Shown here in pieces: positions 1 through 13,892 of a stretch of DNA of 64,000 nucleotides. The number at the start of each line of letters is the position of its first letter. The first letter of the stretch is position 1. Source of the stretch: Dendrobates tinctorius. Taxonomy: Eukaryota. Location: contig NW_027361798.1 in the NCBI RefSeq assembly GCF_039654945.1, positions 3,844,001-3,908,000 on the forward strand. Reading direction: 5' to 3'. The notes beneath the pieces were generated by a model that saw only the letters and a list, made by a program, of their open reading frames with translations, did no database searches and was not told the DNA's origin. A program made the translations under genes and the position numbers.

Positions 1-1295
1 ACATAGGAAAGGAATCTGGGCGAGATATACCTGCCCTCATCCACTATTCCCACATGATTCTCACATATCCCCCCCTCTGCTCAGACCACTCCAGTCGAGC
101 AATGACACCCGCCAAACAGTGCACTCGGGACAGGGCATCTGCATTCCCCATCTGTACTCCTGGGCGGTGCTCCACCGTAAAAGTGTAGGCCTGCAGGGCA
201 AGGAACCACCGGGTCACCCGGCTATTCCGTTCCTTGTTCAAGTGCATCCACTTGAGAGGGGCATGGTCAGTGATCAGCCTGAACTTTCGGCCCACCAGGT
301 AATATTTGAGGGCCTCTAGAGCCCACTTAATGGCGAGGCACTCTTTTTCTACGACTGCATACCTTTGCTCGTGTTTATTCAGCTTTCTGCTGAGATAGAG
401 GACTGGGTGTTCCACTCCGTCCCTCACTTGTGAGAGTACGGCCCCGATGCCGGTATCAGAGGCATCCGTTTGTACCACAAACTCGCTGCGGAAGTCTGGA
501 GTCACCAGTACAGGCTGAGAGCAAAGTGCCCGTTTTAGGCCATGGAAGGCTTCTTCAGCCGCTAAACTCCATTTAATCATGACGGAGTCTTTCCCTTTTG
601 TAAGATCCGTCAGGGGGGTAGCGATGGCTGCAAAATTGGGTATGAACCGGCGATAATAGCCGGCGATCCCGAGGAAGGCTTGTACCTGCTTCTTGTTGAC
701 AGGCTGTGGCCAGTCCTGAACTGCCTGAATCTTATCAACCTGGGGTTTAACAACACCCCTCCCAATTACATACCCCAAATACCGGGCTTCTTCTAGCCCG
801 ATATGACATTTCTTGGGGTTCGCGGTTAGACCTGCCTCCCACAGGTCGTCAATCACAGCTTGTACTTTCTGGAGATGAGTCTCCCAGTCCAAGCTGTAAA
901 TGACAATGTCATCCAAATAGGCCGAAGCGTACTGCCTATGTGGCCTCAAGACTCAATCCATCAGTCTCTGGAAGGTCGCCGGTGCCCCGTGCAGTCCAAA
1001 CGGCATATACACATACTGAAATAGACCTTCTGGGGTAGCAAATGCCGTCTTTTCTCTGGCAGCCTCCGCCAGAGGGATCTGCCAATACGCCTTTGTTAGG
1101 TCTAGGGTCGTAATATACCGGGCTTTTCCTAACCGATCTATTAACTCGTCGACCCGGGGCATGGGGTAAGCATCAAATTTTGAGACCGCATTCAGTTTCC
1201 TGAAGTCATTGCAGAACCGGATGGTGCCGTCCGGTTTAGGAATTAGCACAATCGGGCTGGACCAAGCACTGTGCGATTCCTCAACGACTCCTAAC
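1..1295 (-). mobile_element. Gypsy LTR retrotransposon fragment (Gmr1-like): RT-RNase H (ORFs 953-1249 and 44-949, split by a stop), PPT and start of the 3' LTR
   Basis: YLDD, PFGL and TDAS...EKECLAI...TDH motifs. On the minus strand RNase H is followed directly by GAGCAGAGGGGGGGATA|TGTGA, with the LTR starting at about 65. Cut by a hAT TIR at 1296. Confidence 0.9.
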
Positions 1296-1860
1296 TAGAG
1301 TTGAGCGACTTTTGGTTTTTTAGGGTCGCGTTTCGTTTCGTGAAACCCGACTTTTCCAAAAGTCGGGTCGAGCAAGATCGTCCGATTATAGGGAAAAGTC
1401 GGGGTCGTCCCGAAACACGAAACCCAATGTAAGTCAATGGGGAATAAAAGTCGGCAGTGAGAGGAGGACAGGAAACACACCTACAGTGCCCATTTGAATG
1501 CCAAAAGCATCAATTCTTCTTACTTAAGCTTGTCAACCTTAATTAACTTCATAATACAAGTTACGCACTGAAAAATGGGGGTTATTTGGCTAAAGTTGTG
1601 GGGGGGGGGAGGGCTGGCTGCAGGTTTTCATGTGCCCTGGGCGAAAGAGCGCCCCTTTAACACATACCACAACTCATCATGCTCCGATACGGCAGATAAA
1701 TAGCGGTATAGTACAATGAAAAATACCTCACTTTTTACATCTCATGACGAGGCCCATCTATTTCTCCATACAGAATCATTGGTCCCATATAATGTTTGAA
1801 ACAGTATATGATGAGCTCCACATAATGCTACCGTATATGTTGGTCCCCATGGATGAAGCT

Positions 1861-1958
1861 GTGAAATGTAAAGTGAAATGTGAAATGTGAAATGTGAAAT
1901 GTAAAGTGCTGCGGAATATGTCGGCGCTATAAAAATAAAATTTATTATTATTATTATT
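1861..1958 (+). mobile_element. Short L2-like LINE/SINE 3' stub with (TTA)n tail
   Basis: Absent from the homologous site in copy 3 (about 42290); flanked by AAGCT; ends GTAAAGTGCTGCGGAATATGTCGGCGCTATAAAAATAAA-(TTA)n. Confidence 0.6.
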
Positions 1959-2247
1959 AAGCTCCACTGTCTTATGGGCCCAAATAATGCTCCAAACATA
2001 ATGGGCCCCATTTCTAATGCTCTAGTGTATAATGGGCCCTGTAAATGCTGCTCCAGTGTCTGATGTCCACCTTTGGAATGTTCCAGTGTATGGTGGGCCC
2101 CATCTATCATTCTCCAGAGTATAGTGCTCCCCAAAAATTGCTGTCCCAACATTGAAAACAATCAAATAAGTCTCCTCACTAGGGAATCCCTGTACTTGTC
2201 TGGACAGGTGCTGTAGCTTGCTTAACAGCTCGCCAGCCGTTCTCACG

Positions 2248-3995
2248 CCCAGTATGGATTGCACGTGATTGCACAAAGGTTAGAAAGGGTACCGTATCCC
2301 TGGATAACATGTATGGATAGCGTACACATTCAAAATATATGTCTCAGGAGGCAGGCTCAGACGGTGTCAGGCCCAGTATGGATTGCACGTGATTGCACAA
2401 AGGTTAGAAAAGGTACCGTATCCCTGGATAACATGTATGGATAGCGTACACATTCAAAATATATGTCTCAGGAGGCAGGCTCAGACGGTGTTAGGCCCAG
2501 TATGGATTGCACGTGATTGCACAAAGGTTAGAAAGGGTACCGTATCCCCGGATAACATGTATGGATAGCGTACACATTCAAAATATATGTCTCAGGAGGC
2601 AGGCTCAGACGGTGTCAGGCCCAGTATGGATTGCACGTGATTGCACAAAGGTTAGAAAAGGTACCGTATCCCTGGATAACATGTATGGATAGCGTACACA
2701 TTCAAAATATATGTCTCAGGAGGCAGGCTCAGACGGTGTTAGGCCCAGTATGGATTGCACGTGATTGCACAAAGGTTAGAAAGGGTACCGTATCCCCGGA
2801 TAACATGTATGGATAGCGTACACATTCAAAATATATGTCTCAGGAGGCAGGCTCAGACGGTGTTAGGCCCAGTATGGATTGCACGTGATTGCACAAAGGT
2901 TAGAAAGGGTACCGTATCCCTGGATAACATGTATGGATAGCGTACACATTCAAAATATATGTCTCAGGAGGCAGGCTCAGACGGTGTCAGGCACAGCATG
3001 GATTGCACGTGATTGCACAAAGGTTAGAAAGGGTACCGTATCCCCGGATAACATGTATGGATAGCATACACATTCAAAATATATGTCTCAGGAGGCAGGC
3101 TCAGACGGTGTTAGGCCCAGTATGGATTGCACATGATTGCACAAAGGTTAGAAAGGGTACCTTATCCCCGGATAACATGTATGGATAGCGTACACATTCA
3201 AAATATATGTCTCAGGAGGCAGGCTCAGACGGTGTTAGGCCCAGTATGGATTGCACATGATTGCACAAAGGTTAGAAAGGGTACCGTATCCCCGGATAAC
3301 ATGTATGGATAGCGTACACATTCAAAATATATGTCTCAGGAGGCAGGCTCAGACGGTGTTAGGCCCGGTATGGATTGCACGTGATTGCACAAAGGTTAGA
3401 AAGGGTACCGTATCCCCGGATAACATGTATGGATAGCGTACACATTCAAAATATATGTCTCAGGAGGCAGGCTCAGACGGTGTTAGGCCCAGTATGGATT
3501 GCACGTGATTGCACAAAGGTTAGAAAGGGTACCGTATCCCCGGATAACATGTATGGATAGCGTACACATTCAAAATATATGTCTCAGGAGGCAGGCTCAG
3601 ACGGTGTTAGGCCCAGTATGGATTGAACGTGATTGCACAAAGGTTAGAAAGGGTACCGTATCCCTGGATAACATGTATGGATAGCGTACACATTCAAAAT
3701 ATATGTCTCAGGAGGCAGGCTCAGACGTGTCAGGCCCAGTATGGATTGCACGTGATTGCACAAAGGTTAGAAAGGGTACCGTATCCCTGGATAACATGTA
3801 TGGATAGCGTACACATTCAAAATATATGTCTCAGGAGGCAGGCTCAGACGGTGTCAGGCACAGTATGGATTGCACGTGATTGCACAAAGGTTAGAAAGGG
3901 TACCGTATCCCCGGATAACATGTATGGATAGCGTACACATTCAAAATATATGTCTCAGGAGGCAGGCTCAGACGGTGTCAGGCACAGTATGGATT
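2248..3995. repeat. 124-bp tandem array (about 14 units) inside hAT-A copy 1
   Basis: Direct periodicity of 124 bp, also seen in the spacing of the repeated spurious ORFs. Confidence 0.97.
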
Positions 3996-4414
3996 TGACG
4001 GCCCAGATTACACAGCGGAGGAGCAGGGAGAGGTAAAGATTGCAAATGCTGGGGCCCTGCCCAAGCAAGGGGGGCCCACTCGTGGGCGTCGGTACTGGCA
4101 CTGGGCCCCTCATAGTACAGCGGTGTGTCTGACGGCGGGTGTGCACCACCACCGTCAGAGACACTTGATTGCACTATGAGGGACCCTGTGCCAGTGCCCG
4201 CGCCCAAGAGTCGGCCTACCCACCTGTCCAGGGCAACGGCACTCGCACGGTGTCGTGCGGTAGGTGGTGACCCCGGCCATGGGGGGGGAGGCAGCACAGT
4301 TAGGGAGTTTTAGAAAGTGGCATATGTTGATGTTGGACATTCAGCTGATGCAAAAGGCGAAATAGGTGAAGTACCAGGAAGAGGTGGACCAAAGCAAGCC
4401 ATTTTTCTGTCACC

Positions 4415-6363
4415 CTATGTGTCATCAGGGGAAGGTGGGACAAAATCCTTGGAAACCCATGCGTGGTTCATTTTAATGAAGGTTAGATCATCCACATTTT
4501 GGGTTGACAGACGGGTCCTTTTTTCTGTCAGGATTGATCCAGCTGCACTGAAGACTCTTTCCGATAGCACACTTGCAGCTGGGCAAGCGAGCTCCTGTAA
4601 GGCATATTGGGCCAATTCAGGCCAGGTGTCCAGTTTAGCGGCCCAATAGTCAAAGGGGAATGACCTGTGTGGGAGAACATCGATATGGGAGGAAAAGTAG
4701 TTTGTAACCATAGTTGACAACTGCTGTCTCCTGTCACTTTCCATCGATGCAGTATTACCAGTTGTGTGAGCGGTATTTGAAAAATCAGTCCACAACATTG
4801 TCATGAAACCCCTGTCTCCAACGCCACTTCTGCTGTGTGCACCACGAACACCTCTGCCAAGCTGCCCCCGGCCCGTACGGCTCGTGTGAGAACCATCACC
4901 GCTGCTGTGTGCTGGGAATGCCTCAAGCAACCGATTTACCAGAGTGCTTGTTTATTAGCCAATATTAGGTCAAGGTTCTCCTGTGGCATGATGTTTTGTA
5001 ATTTGCCTTTATAGCGTGGATCCAGGATGCTGGCCAACCAGTAGTCGTCATCGTTCATCATTTTGGCAATGCGGGGGTCCCTTTTTAGGATCCGCAAGGC
5101 ATAATCTGACATTTGGGCCAATGTTCCCGGTGTCAATGATGCACTGCGAGTGCTGGGTGGAGGAGCACTTTCTGGCAAATCCACATCCCTCCAGTCATGC
5201 ACAAACCCTGTACCAGACCTTGCCACGCCAACATTTTCACTTGCCCCACGAGATGCATCCTCCTCCCCTAAGTAATCATCCCCATCATCATCCTCCTCCT
5301 CCTCTTCTTCCTCCACCTCGTCCAGGAGAGGTCCCTGAGCAGACAATGGCTGAATGTCATCAAGGATTCCCTCCTCCTCTTCCTCCTCATCAACATTGGC
5401 TGCAGACGCCTGCTCCTTAAGGTGCGTCAAAGTTTGCATGAGCAGACGCATAAGTGGGATGCTCATGCTTAGGATGGCGTCGTCTGCGCTTACCAGCCGT
5501 GTGCATTCCTCAAAACACTGAAGGACTTTACAGAGGTCTTTCAGCTTCGCCCACTGCACGCCTGTCAACTCCATGTCTGCTCTCAAAGTGCCTGGCCGTG
5601 TATCCTCCCACAAATGCATTATGGCCTGCCTCTGCTCGCACAGCCGCTCCACCATGTGCAGGGTGGAGTTCCACCTTGTTGCAATGTCGATAATGAGGCG
5701 GTGGTTGGGAAGGTGGAGCAATCGCTGCAGCTTCTGCATACGAACGGAGTGTACAGGCGACCGGCGGATGTGCGCGCACAGTCTTTGCACCTTCTGGAGC
5801 AGGGCTGTTAACTCCGGATAATTGTTGAGGAAGCACTGCACCACCAGGTTCAAGGTGTGAGCCAAGCAAGGTATGTGGCTGAGTTTTGAAAGGGCTATGG
5901 CTGCCACAAAATTACGGCCGTTATCACTAACTACCTTGCCTGCCTCAAGATGTACACTGCCCAGCCATGACTCAGTTTGTCGCTTCAAGTACTCGGCCAG
6001 CACCTCGGCGGTGTGTCTGTCGCCCAAACACATCATCTGCAACACAGCCTGCTGACACTTTCCACTAGCTGCTCGATAGGGGGACACATCGTGTGCAACA
6101 CTGGCAGCTGCAGATGGAGTGCTTGTACGACTGCGCTCTGTGGACGAGCTTTCGCTTCTGGAGGAGAAGGAGGAGGAGGGTCGAACGCCTACAGCCAACT
6201 GTTTCCTATACCGTGGGCTAGGCAGCACTGTCCCACCACCGCTGTCCCCTGTGGACCCTGCATCCACCACATTAACCCAGTGCGCAGTGATGGACACGTA
6301 ACGGCCCTGGCCATGCCGACTGGACCATGCATCAGTTGTGAGGTGCACCTTTCCGCTCACTGA
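4415..6363 (-). pseudogene. hAT transposase, C-terminal part; frameshift at about 4945
   Basis: LTTDAW, VVSDNG, CLAH, RWNST and SERVFS motifs; 1-bp deletion relative to copy 3. Confidence 0.92.
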
Positions 6364-6612
6364 GAGCTGAAAGGTGTAGAGCTGTATGATCAGTGCCACC
6401 ACCTCCTCCCTGCAGAGCTGTATGATCAGTGTCACCTCCTCCCTGCAGAGCTGTATGATCAGTACCACCTCCTTCCTGCAGAGCTGTATGATCAGTGCCT
6501 CCTCCTCCTCCCTGCAGAGCTGTATGATCAGTGCCACCACCTCCTCCCTGCAGAGCTGTATGATCAGTGCCACCTCCTCACTGCAGAGCTGTATGATCAG
6601 TGCCTCCTCTGC
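6364..6612. repeat. 33-39-bp minisatellite (CTGCAGAGCTGTATGATCAGTGCCACCACCTCCTCC)
   Basis: About 7 visible units upstream of H3. Confidence 0.9.
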
Positions 6613-6869
6613 AGTTTATGAGCTGCTGATAATCCGGGCGCAGTGTCAGGATGGGTGTGATCTGGTGATAATGGGGAGCTGGACTGTACAGCGCTGTGTA
6701 CACGGGGTCATGGCAGTGCGGTGGCGGCTGCTCCAGGTCTCCTCCTGCGCTGGAGATGACGTCACCGGATTTCTCTATTCTGTACAGCGGGAGATGAGCG
6801 CGATCTGCTGAGAGCCGCATCATGGAGGAGGCGGGGTTACAGGGCGGGAGGCCGCGGTTTGCTTCACGA

Positions 6870-7444
<575 letters not shown>

Positions 7445-7473
7445 ATCTTCCCGAGCACCAACCACAACACAAA

Positions 7474-7489
7474 GGCTCTTCTCAGAGCC
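7474..7489 (+). terminator. Histone 3' stem-loop of H3 copy 1
   Basis: AAA-GGCTCT TCTC AGAGCC-ACCA, with purine-rich AGATGAGCT downstream (putative U7 HDE). Confidence 0.95.
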
Positions 7490-7699
7490 ACCAAATCCTC
7501 CCACAGATGAGCTCCTTCCTCCTGGTTCGGTAATATCTGGGCTGCTTTGTCCACAGTTGTCTGAGGGCCGTTATTCTGGCCGGTTCCGTTATCGGTAGAT
7601 CCAGCGGTTCTGTTCCTGCTTCCATGCAGCCTCATACAGAAGGGGGAATTGAGCAGCGCACGGTCACTAAGGAGTTAACCGGAGGAGTCCATACCTGGC

Positions 7700-7775
7700 T
7701 CTGGGATTGGTCGCGCCTGCGGACTTCTCTCATTGGCTGATCACAGACCCGTTGATGGTTTTGAATTTCCCGCTC
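7700..7775 (-). promoter_or_regulatory. Orphan E2F-like/CCAAT module homologous to the H4 upstream promoter
   Basis: Minus strand AGCGGGAAATTCA...CTGTGATCAGCCAATGAG aligns with the H4 promoter at 33765-33810. Confidence 0.55.
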
Positions 7776-9000
7776 AATCCCTTTCCTGTCCTTCGGATTA
7801 TTCCCGGCCCCTCTGCTTAGTAGCGGAGATCGCTGTGACGTGAGCCGTCCGGTCTGGGGCAGCTGCACCCGCAGAGCACAGAGTCCTGCTCCCCGGAGCT
7901 GCTGATCGCTCCCCTGATCGGCCGCCGCCGTTACCTTCCCTTCATCTCACAGCAGCACTCCGAGCTCTGTACTGTGCACAGAGGGGTCTGTGTCCGGATA
8001 TAGCGCCCATACACCCTGTTACAAGGCTCAACCCCAGAATAGATCGGAAAGTGCAAACAGCGGTGCGAGCTCCAGGGGCTGAAGACAGGGGCAGCACCGA
8101 GAGAGGAGGCCGCAGCCAGGACCGCAGTGTCTCCGGAGGAAGAGAGCCGCCCGGGCTGCGACATCGAGTCCCGAGATCACAGGGACCCACTGAGCCCGGG
8201 GCAGCTCCATAGAGAGCAGCGACCTCCTCCTGGTCTCTGTTGGAGGCGCCGGCACTAGGGGCAGAGCTGTGGTTCCATAGTTGGGGTCATTGATTCCTTT
8301 CCACACATCTCGGATGACGTTACTGTAGAGTTGGGACCTGGTGACAGAGCAGTGGGTATAATCCTCTATATATCTCTCTAGTGGGTGACTCAGTGGATAT
8401 AATTCCTGCTATTAGCAGTTGGCACAGTGGGTATATTCCTGTATATGATAATTTGCTCCGGGATTTAGATCCGGTGATTGGTGCAAAGTGTGATGTGGGC
8501 AGATGTTCTCCTGATCACAGGCAGAGCGACCCTGTATTCCTGCACCGTCCCTCCCTGCCCATGTGGTGGCGCAGAAACACAGACAGCCCCTCTCATCGCA
8601 TGTAGGTATCCTGTTGATACCCCAATCCTGAGCCGCTGCTCAGGAGCGTTCACACCGGCGTCCATTCATCAGTGCAGCTGCATTCCACTCCTCGCAGCCA
8701 TCCTACAACCCACAGGATCTCAGCAGCAGGAGACGTGGCACAACCACATTTATTACCAGCACTCGGATTTCTGCTCTGTAGTAACTGCAGCATCATAGGA
8801 GGTGACTGTGCGGCCGATCGATTCCCCCATACACCCGGATCATCTGTGCCCCACCTCACACTGAGACTACTCACTGGATCAGCTCCAGAAGAGAGAACGT
8901 CTCCCCCAATGCGCAACGTCACAAGCCGGTCCCGGCGATCACACCAGCAGCGACCGCTAGACCCCAGCGGGAATTGCAGCCTCTCACGTGAGATGTGGGC

Positions 9001-9016
9001 GGCTCTGAGAAGAGCC
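9001..9016 (-). terminator. Histone 3' stem-loop of H4 copy 1
   Basis: Reverse complement reads GGCTCTTCTCAGAGCC. Confidence 0.95.
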
Positions 9017-9048
9017 TTTGGGTTGTCAGGACAGAGACGAGAATACAA

Positions 9049-10041
<993 letters not shown>

Positions 10042-11815
10042 TAAATGATAAAATTATCAGTCTGCCTTCATGCTCTAAGAAAAGAACTATGTGCCTTTTT
10101 TAGATAATCGCTACTAATTTGGGGGTTTGCCACGGACCCTCTTAATTAACTCTTTGATTAAGTGAATCGTGGCTGGTGGCAGCGTGGTGTGTTCGGTTGG
10201 TTGGGCTAGTTGACAGTACGGAAGGGTCTTATATGCTGATTGAGTGGCTGTGGCCAAAGCATTGATAATTCCCTTACTGCAGTAGTCTAATTGTCCGTGC
10301 ACAACAAACAGCCCATCCGACAACTATTTATCCTAGGTGCAGTTCCCTGACTGACCTGAGGGTAAGGGGGGCGTCGGAGAGCTGCGAGTTCCAAAGTGGA
10401 ACTGACAAAGTGGCATATCCATAAATCCCCGCAGTTCTTGGAAGGTTGTTAGCAGTGGTGAGGCATCCAAAATACCCCCCTGCGGTAAATTGTTAGAGCA
10501 AGATTAGCTTGCTGTATTTTTGTCACATGGTGCCAGTGGTGGGATAACTAAGATAAGCCCCCACTGTGCCTGTGATAGCCGTGTGCCGGCAGTGCGTCAC
10601 ATCTATCTGTCCGCTGACAAACCCGTGCCGGTGGTGGGATCGTGACACATTGGTGGCACAGGGTGCGTTTTCATCACATATTGGTGGCAGCAGTGGGATT
10701 TTCATAGAGCATTAGTGATTTGGTTTGAGCAATCATTCCTCTCACTAAAGACCTGCACGGTTCCTGCGGGAATCCTGCATCATAGGTTTTGGAGAACAGA
10801 CTCAGTGGTTACTAGTACTGAGACATTAGTGTGTAAGTGCGAGTATTCCCTCCCTTTTCTTCGTTTTTCTTTTCTATCTTTTATTTGGCAACCATGGCGG
10901 CAAAAGGAGAACGCTGGTATACACAGCAGAAAAAGGAAACTCTTGCTGGAGTATGCACGTACCGAGGCATTGACGCCACAAACAAAACCAGAGACTAATT
11001 GATCGCGGCTCTGTTGCAGCTGGACAATGCACAGAGCCCATCGGGCGCAGAAGCCGGCCCTAGCCAAGGTGGTGCTGCATCTGAGGTCCATCCACCGTAA
11101 GCCGGCCCCACATGCAACCAGGCCAGGCTGGACCCCTACCTGCAAGCGGCCTTGGACGCACTCCCTGCCGAAGACCATGATGGACGTCTGAAGCTGATCC
11201 AGCAAGCTCAGGAGAGAGAGGAGCAGCGAGCCGAGCGGGAGGAGAGAGCCGAGCGCCAAGCACAGGCTGAGAGAGCCGAGCGCCAAGCGCAGAGGGCCCA
11301 TGAACTGGAGGTGCTCCAGCGGGGAGGAATGCCCCCACAGCCCAAAGCAGTGAGCCCAGCAACGCCCAGAGTCCTAAACCCTGGCCAGAGCATTTTCCCG
11401 TGATGAAAAAGGAAGGGGACTTGGACATATTTCTGCGAGCCTTTGAGAAAGCCTGCAGACAGTACCGGCTGGCTAAGGACCAATGGGCCAGATACTTGAC
11501 CCCAGGGCTAAAAGGCAAAGCTCTGGAGATGTTTAATTCTCTACCGCCAGAAGACGATGACGACTATGATGCCATCAAGCAGGTTCTGATCGCCAAATAC
11601 CGGCTGACACCTGAGGTATACCGAAAGAAGTTCCGGAACCTCCAACGTGGCCCACACGATAGCTATAGCTACAGTATGTGGTGCAAGGACTCAGGACCCA
11701 CTTTGACCAGTGACTCCATGGACTGTCAGTTGATTCCTTTGAGCTGCTAAAGGACCTGATGATCAAAGACCAGTTCCTGCATCTCTGCCCAGCTGAGGTC
11801 CGACAGTTTATCCTG
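10042..11815 (+). mobile_element. Gmr1-like Gypsy 5' portion: partial LTR (to 10678), tRNA-Leu-type PBS (10682-10699), degraded gag with SCAN-like region
   Basis: ...TCACA-TAT-TGGTGGCAGCAGTGGGAT; gag peptide DLDIFLRAFEKAC...LTPEVYRKKFR...IKDQFL; frameshifts present. Confidence 0.8.
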
Positions 11816-11915
11816 CCGGGCAGGGCCTTGGAATGGGCCACTCCACTGTGGGAGCGTGGGGATCCCCTGGTACAGAGTGCCACCCACTTCTTGGTCGCTC
11901 TGAAACAGGTCTTCC
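11811..11915 (+). mobile_element. About 100-bp sushi-like Gypsy gag fragment (repeated at 15662-15766)
   Basis: GRALEWATPLWERGDPLVQ...FLVALKQVF matches the gag in ORF 42718-44850. Confidence 0.85.
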
Positions 11916-13116
11916 AGGTGCAAAAATTAAAGATGTGTCTGACAGGATATCAGGACTCTTCAGACCTACAGATGACTACCCATTCCTGCTACTACATGTG
12001 GGGACAAATGACACCGCAAGAAACGACCTGGAAACCATCTGCAGAGACTTTGAAGACTTAGGCAAGAAAGTGAAAGAACTGGGAGCGCAGGTGGTCTTCT
12101 CTTCCATCCTCCCAGTGGATGGCCATGGAACAAGGAGGTGGAATAAGATTCTGCAGGGGAACAACTGGCTACATCGATGGTGCCGTCAGCAACGATTTGG
12201 ATTTCTGGATCACGGAGTGAACTACTTATATGATGGACTACTTGCTAGAGATGGGGTGCACCTTACGAAGACTGGAAAGCATGTATTTGGAAGTCGCCTT
12301 GCTACACTTGTAAGGAGAGCTTTAAACTAGAACAACATGGGAAGGGAAGCAAAAGACCAGAAAAAGCCATACACCTGACAAATGCTATTGAGAACTCTGC
12401 TATTAGAAGTGGAAAGGAAGAACAAAGACGAAAGAATCTAATTAATAAAAATATTGGAGAAAGAGAAACCAATCACAAACTAAAATGTTTCTATACTAAT
12501 GCACAAAGCATGGGCAACAAACAAGGAGAATTGGAACTACTAACGCAGGAAAAGAAATATGATGTCATTGGAATCACTGAAACTTGGTGGGACAATACAC
12601 ATGATTGGAATACAAGACTAGAACGATACAACTTATTTGCAAGAAACAGACTTAATAAACGAGGAGGGGGTGTCGCATTGTATGTTAGAAACACGTATAT
12701 CTGCACAGAGATTGAAGCTTCAGAGACTGGGAGTTCTGTGGAAACTGTTTGGGTAAGAATACAAGGACAGAACAATGGAAAGGACACCATTGTAGGCATT
12801 TACTACAGGCCGCCTGTGCAAGCTGAAGATATGGATGAACTCTTTATGCATCAAATGGCCAAGTTCTCCAAAAAATATGACATAGTTGTCATGGGAGATT
12901 TCAACTATCCAGACATTTGTTGGGAATCTCTCTCAGGCAAAACTAACAGGTCAAGGAAATTCTTATCCTCTCTTGCTGTTAACTTTTTTAACAATTCCGA
13001 AAAGAGGGAAGAATAGGAAGCATTTAAGGAAACCAGGATGGATGAACACAGAACTTAAGCACATGCTAAAAAGGAAGAAAAAAATTTTTATAAAATGGAA
13101 AAAGGGAGGCATATCT
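11909..13116 (+). mobile_element. CR1 LINE fragment: ORF1 SGNH-esterase part and ORF2 APE endonuclease with internal deletion
   Basis: LPGAKIKDV...LHVGTND...DGVHL; ITETWW, GGGVALY and GDFN motifs; about 320 bp missing at about 12985 relative to the next copy. Confidence 0.9.
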
Positions 13117-13892
13117 GGAGGATGTATGATGGGTATATGGGCATGGGACTATGGGATGGAGGATGTATGATGGGTATATGGGCATGGGACTATGGGATGG
13201 AGGATGTGTGATGGGTATATGGGCACGGGACTATGGGATGGAGGATGTATGATGGGTATATGGGCACGGGACTATGGGATGGAGGATGTGTGATGGGTAT
13301 ATTGGCATGGGACTATGGGATGGAGGATGTATGATGGGTATATGGGCACGGGACTATGGGATGGAGGATGTATGATGGGTATATGGGCATGGGACTATGG
13401 GATGGAGGATGTATGATGGGTATATGGGCATGGGACTATGGGATGGAGGATGTGTGATGGGTATATGGGCACGGGACTATGGGATGGAGGATATTTATGA
13501 TGGGTATATGGGCATGGGACTATGGGATGGAGGATGTGTGATGGGTATATGGGCACGGGACTATGGGATGGAGGATGTATGATGGGTATATGGGCACGGG
13601 ACTATGGGATGGAGGATGTGTGATGGGTATATTGGCATGGGACTATGGGATGGAGGATGTATGATGGGTATATGGGCACGGGACTATGTGATGGAGGATA
13701 TGTGATGGGTATATGGGCACGGGGCTATGGGATGGAGGATGTGTGATGGGTATATGGGCACGGGACTATGGGATGGAGGATATGTATGATGGGTATATGG
13801 GCACGGGACTATGGGATGGAGGATAATTATAATTTCCTATAACTAACCACAGTTAGTTACTATGCCCGGGCAGCGCCGCGCTCTTCAGCTAG
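13116..13892 (+). mobile_element. Second Helitron 3' end with 41-bp minisatellite (start of a 3.85-kb tandem duplicate)
   Basis: Same hairpin and CTAG|T at 13889-13893; offset 3851 bp from the first copy. Confidence 0.7.

Larger units (their letters stand above)
1296..6363 (-). mobile_element. hAT (Ac-type) DNA transposon family A, copy 1: 3' end, 5'-truncated
   Basis: TIR TAGAGTTGAGCGA at 1296; repeated subterminal CCCGAC/GTCGGG motifs; reverse-complement match to 38725-42854. Confidence 0.92.

Noticed and set aside
2259-3931. Series of 61-aa ORFs (also at 30573-31099 and 41155-41996)
   Set aside because: Translations of tandem-repeat units with non-ATG starts and no protein features.
6364-6573. 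N-terminal ALIIQLCREE repeats on the transposase ORF
   Set aside because: Read-through of an adjacent minisatellite; not part of the transposase in copies 2 and 3.
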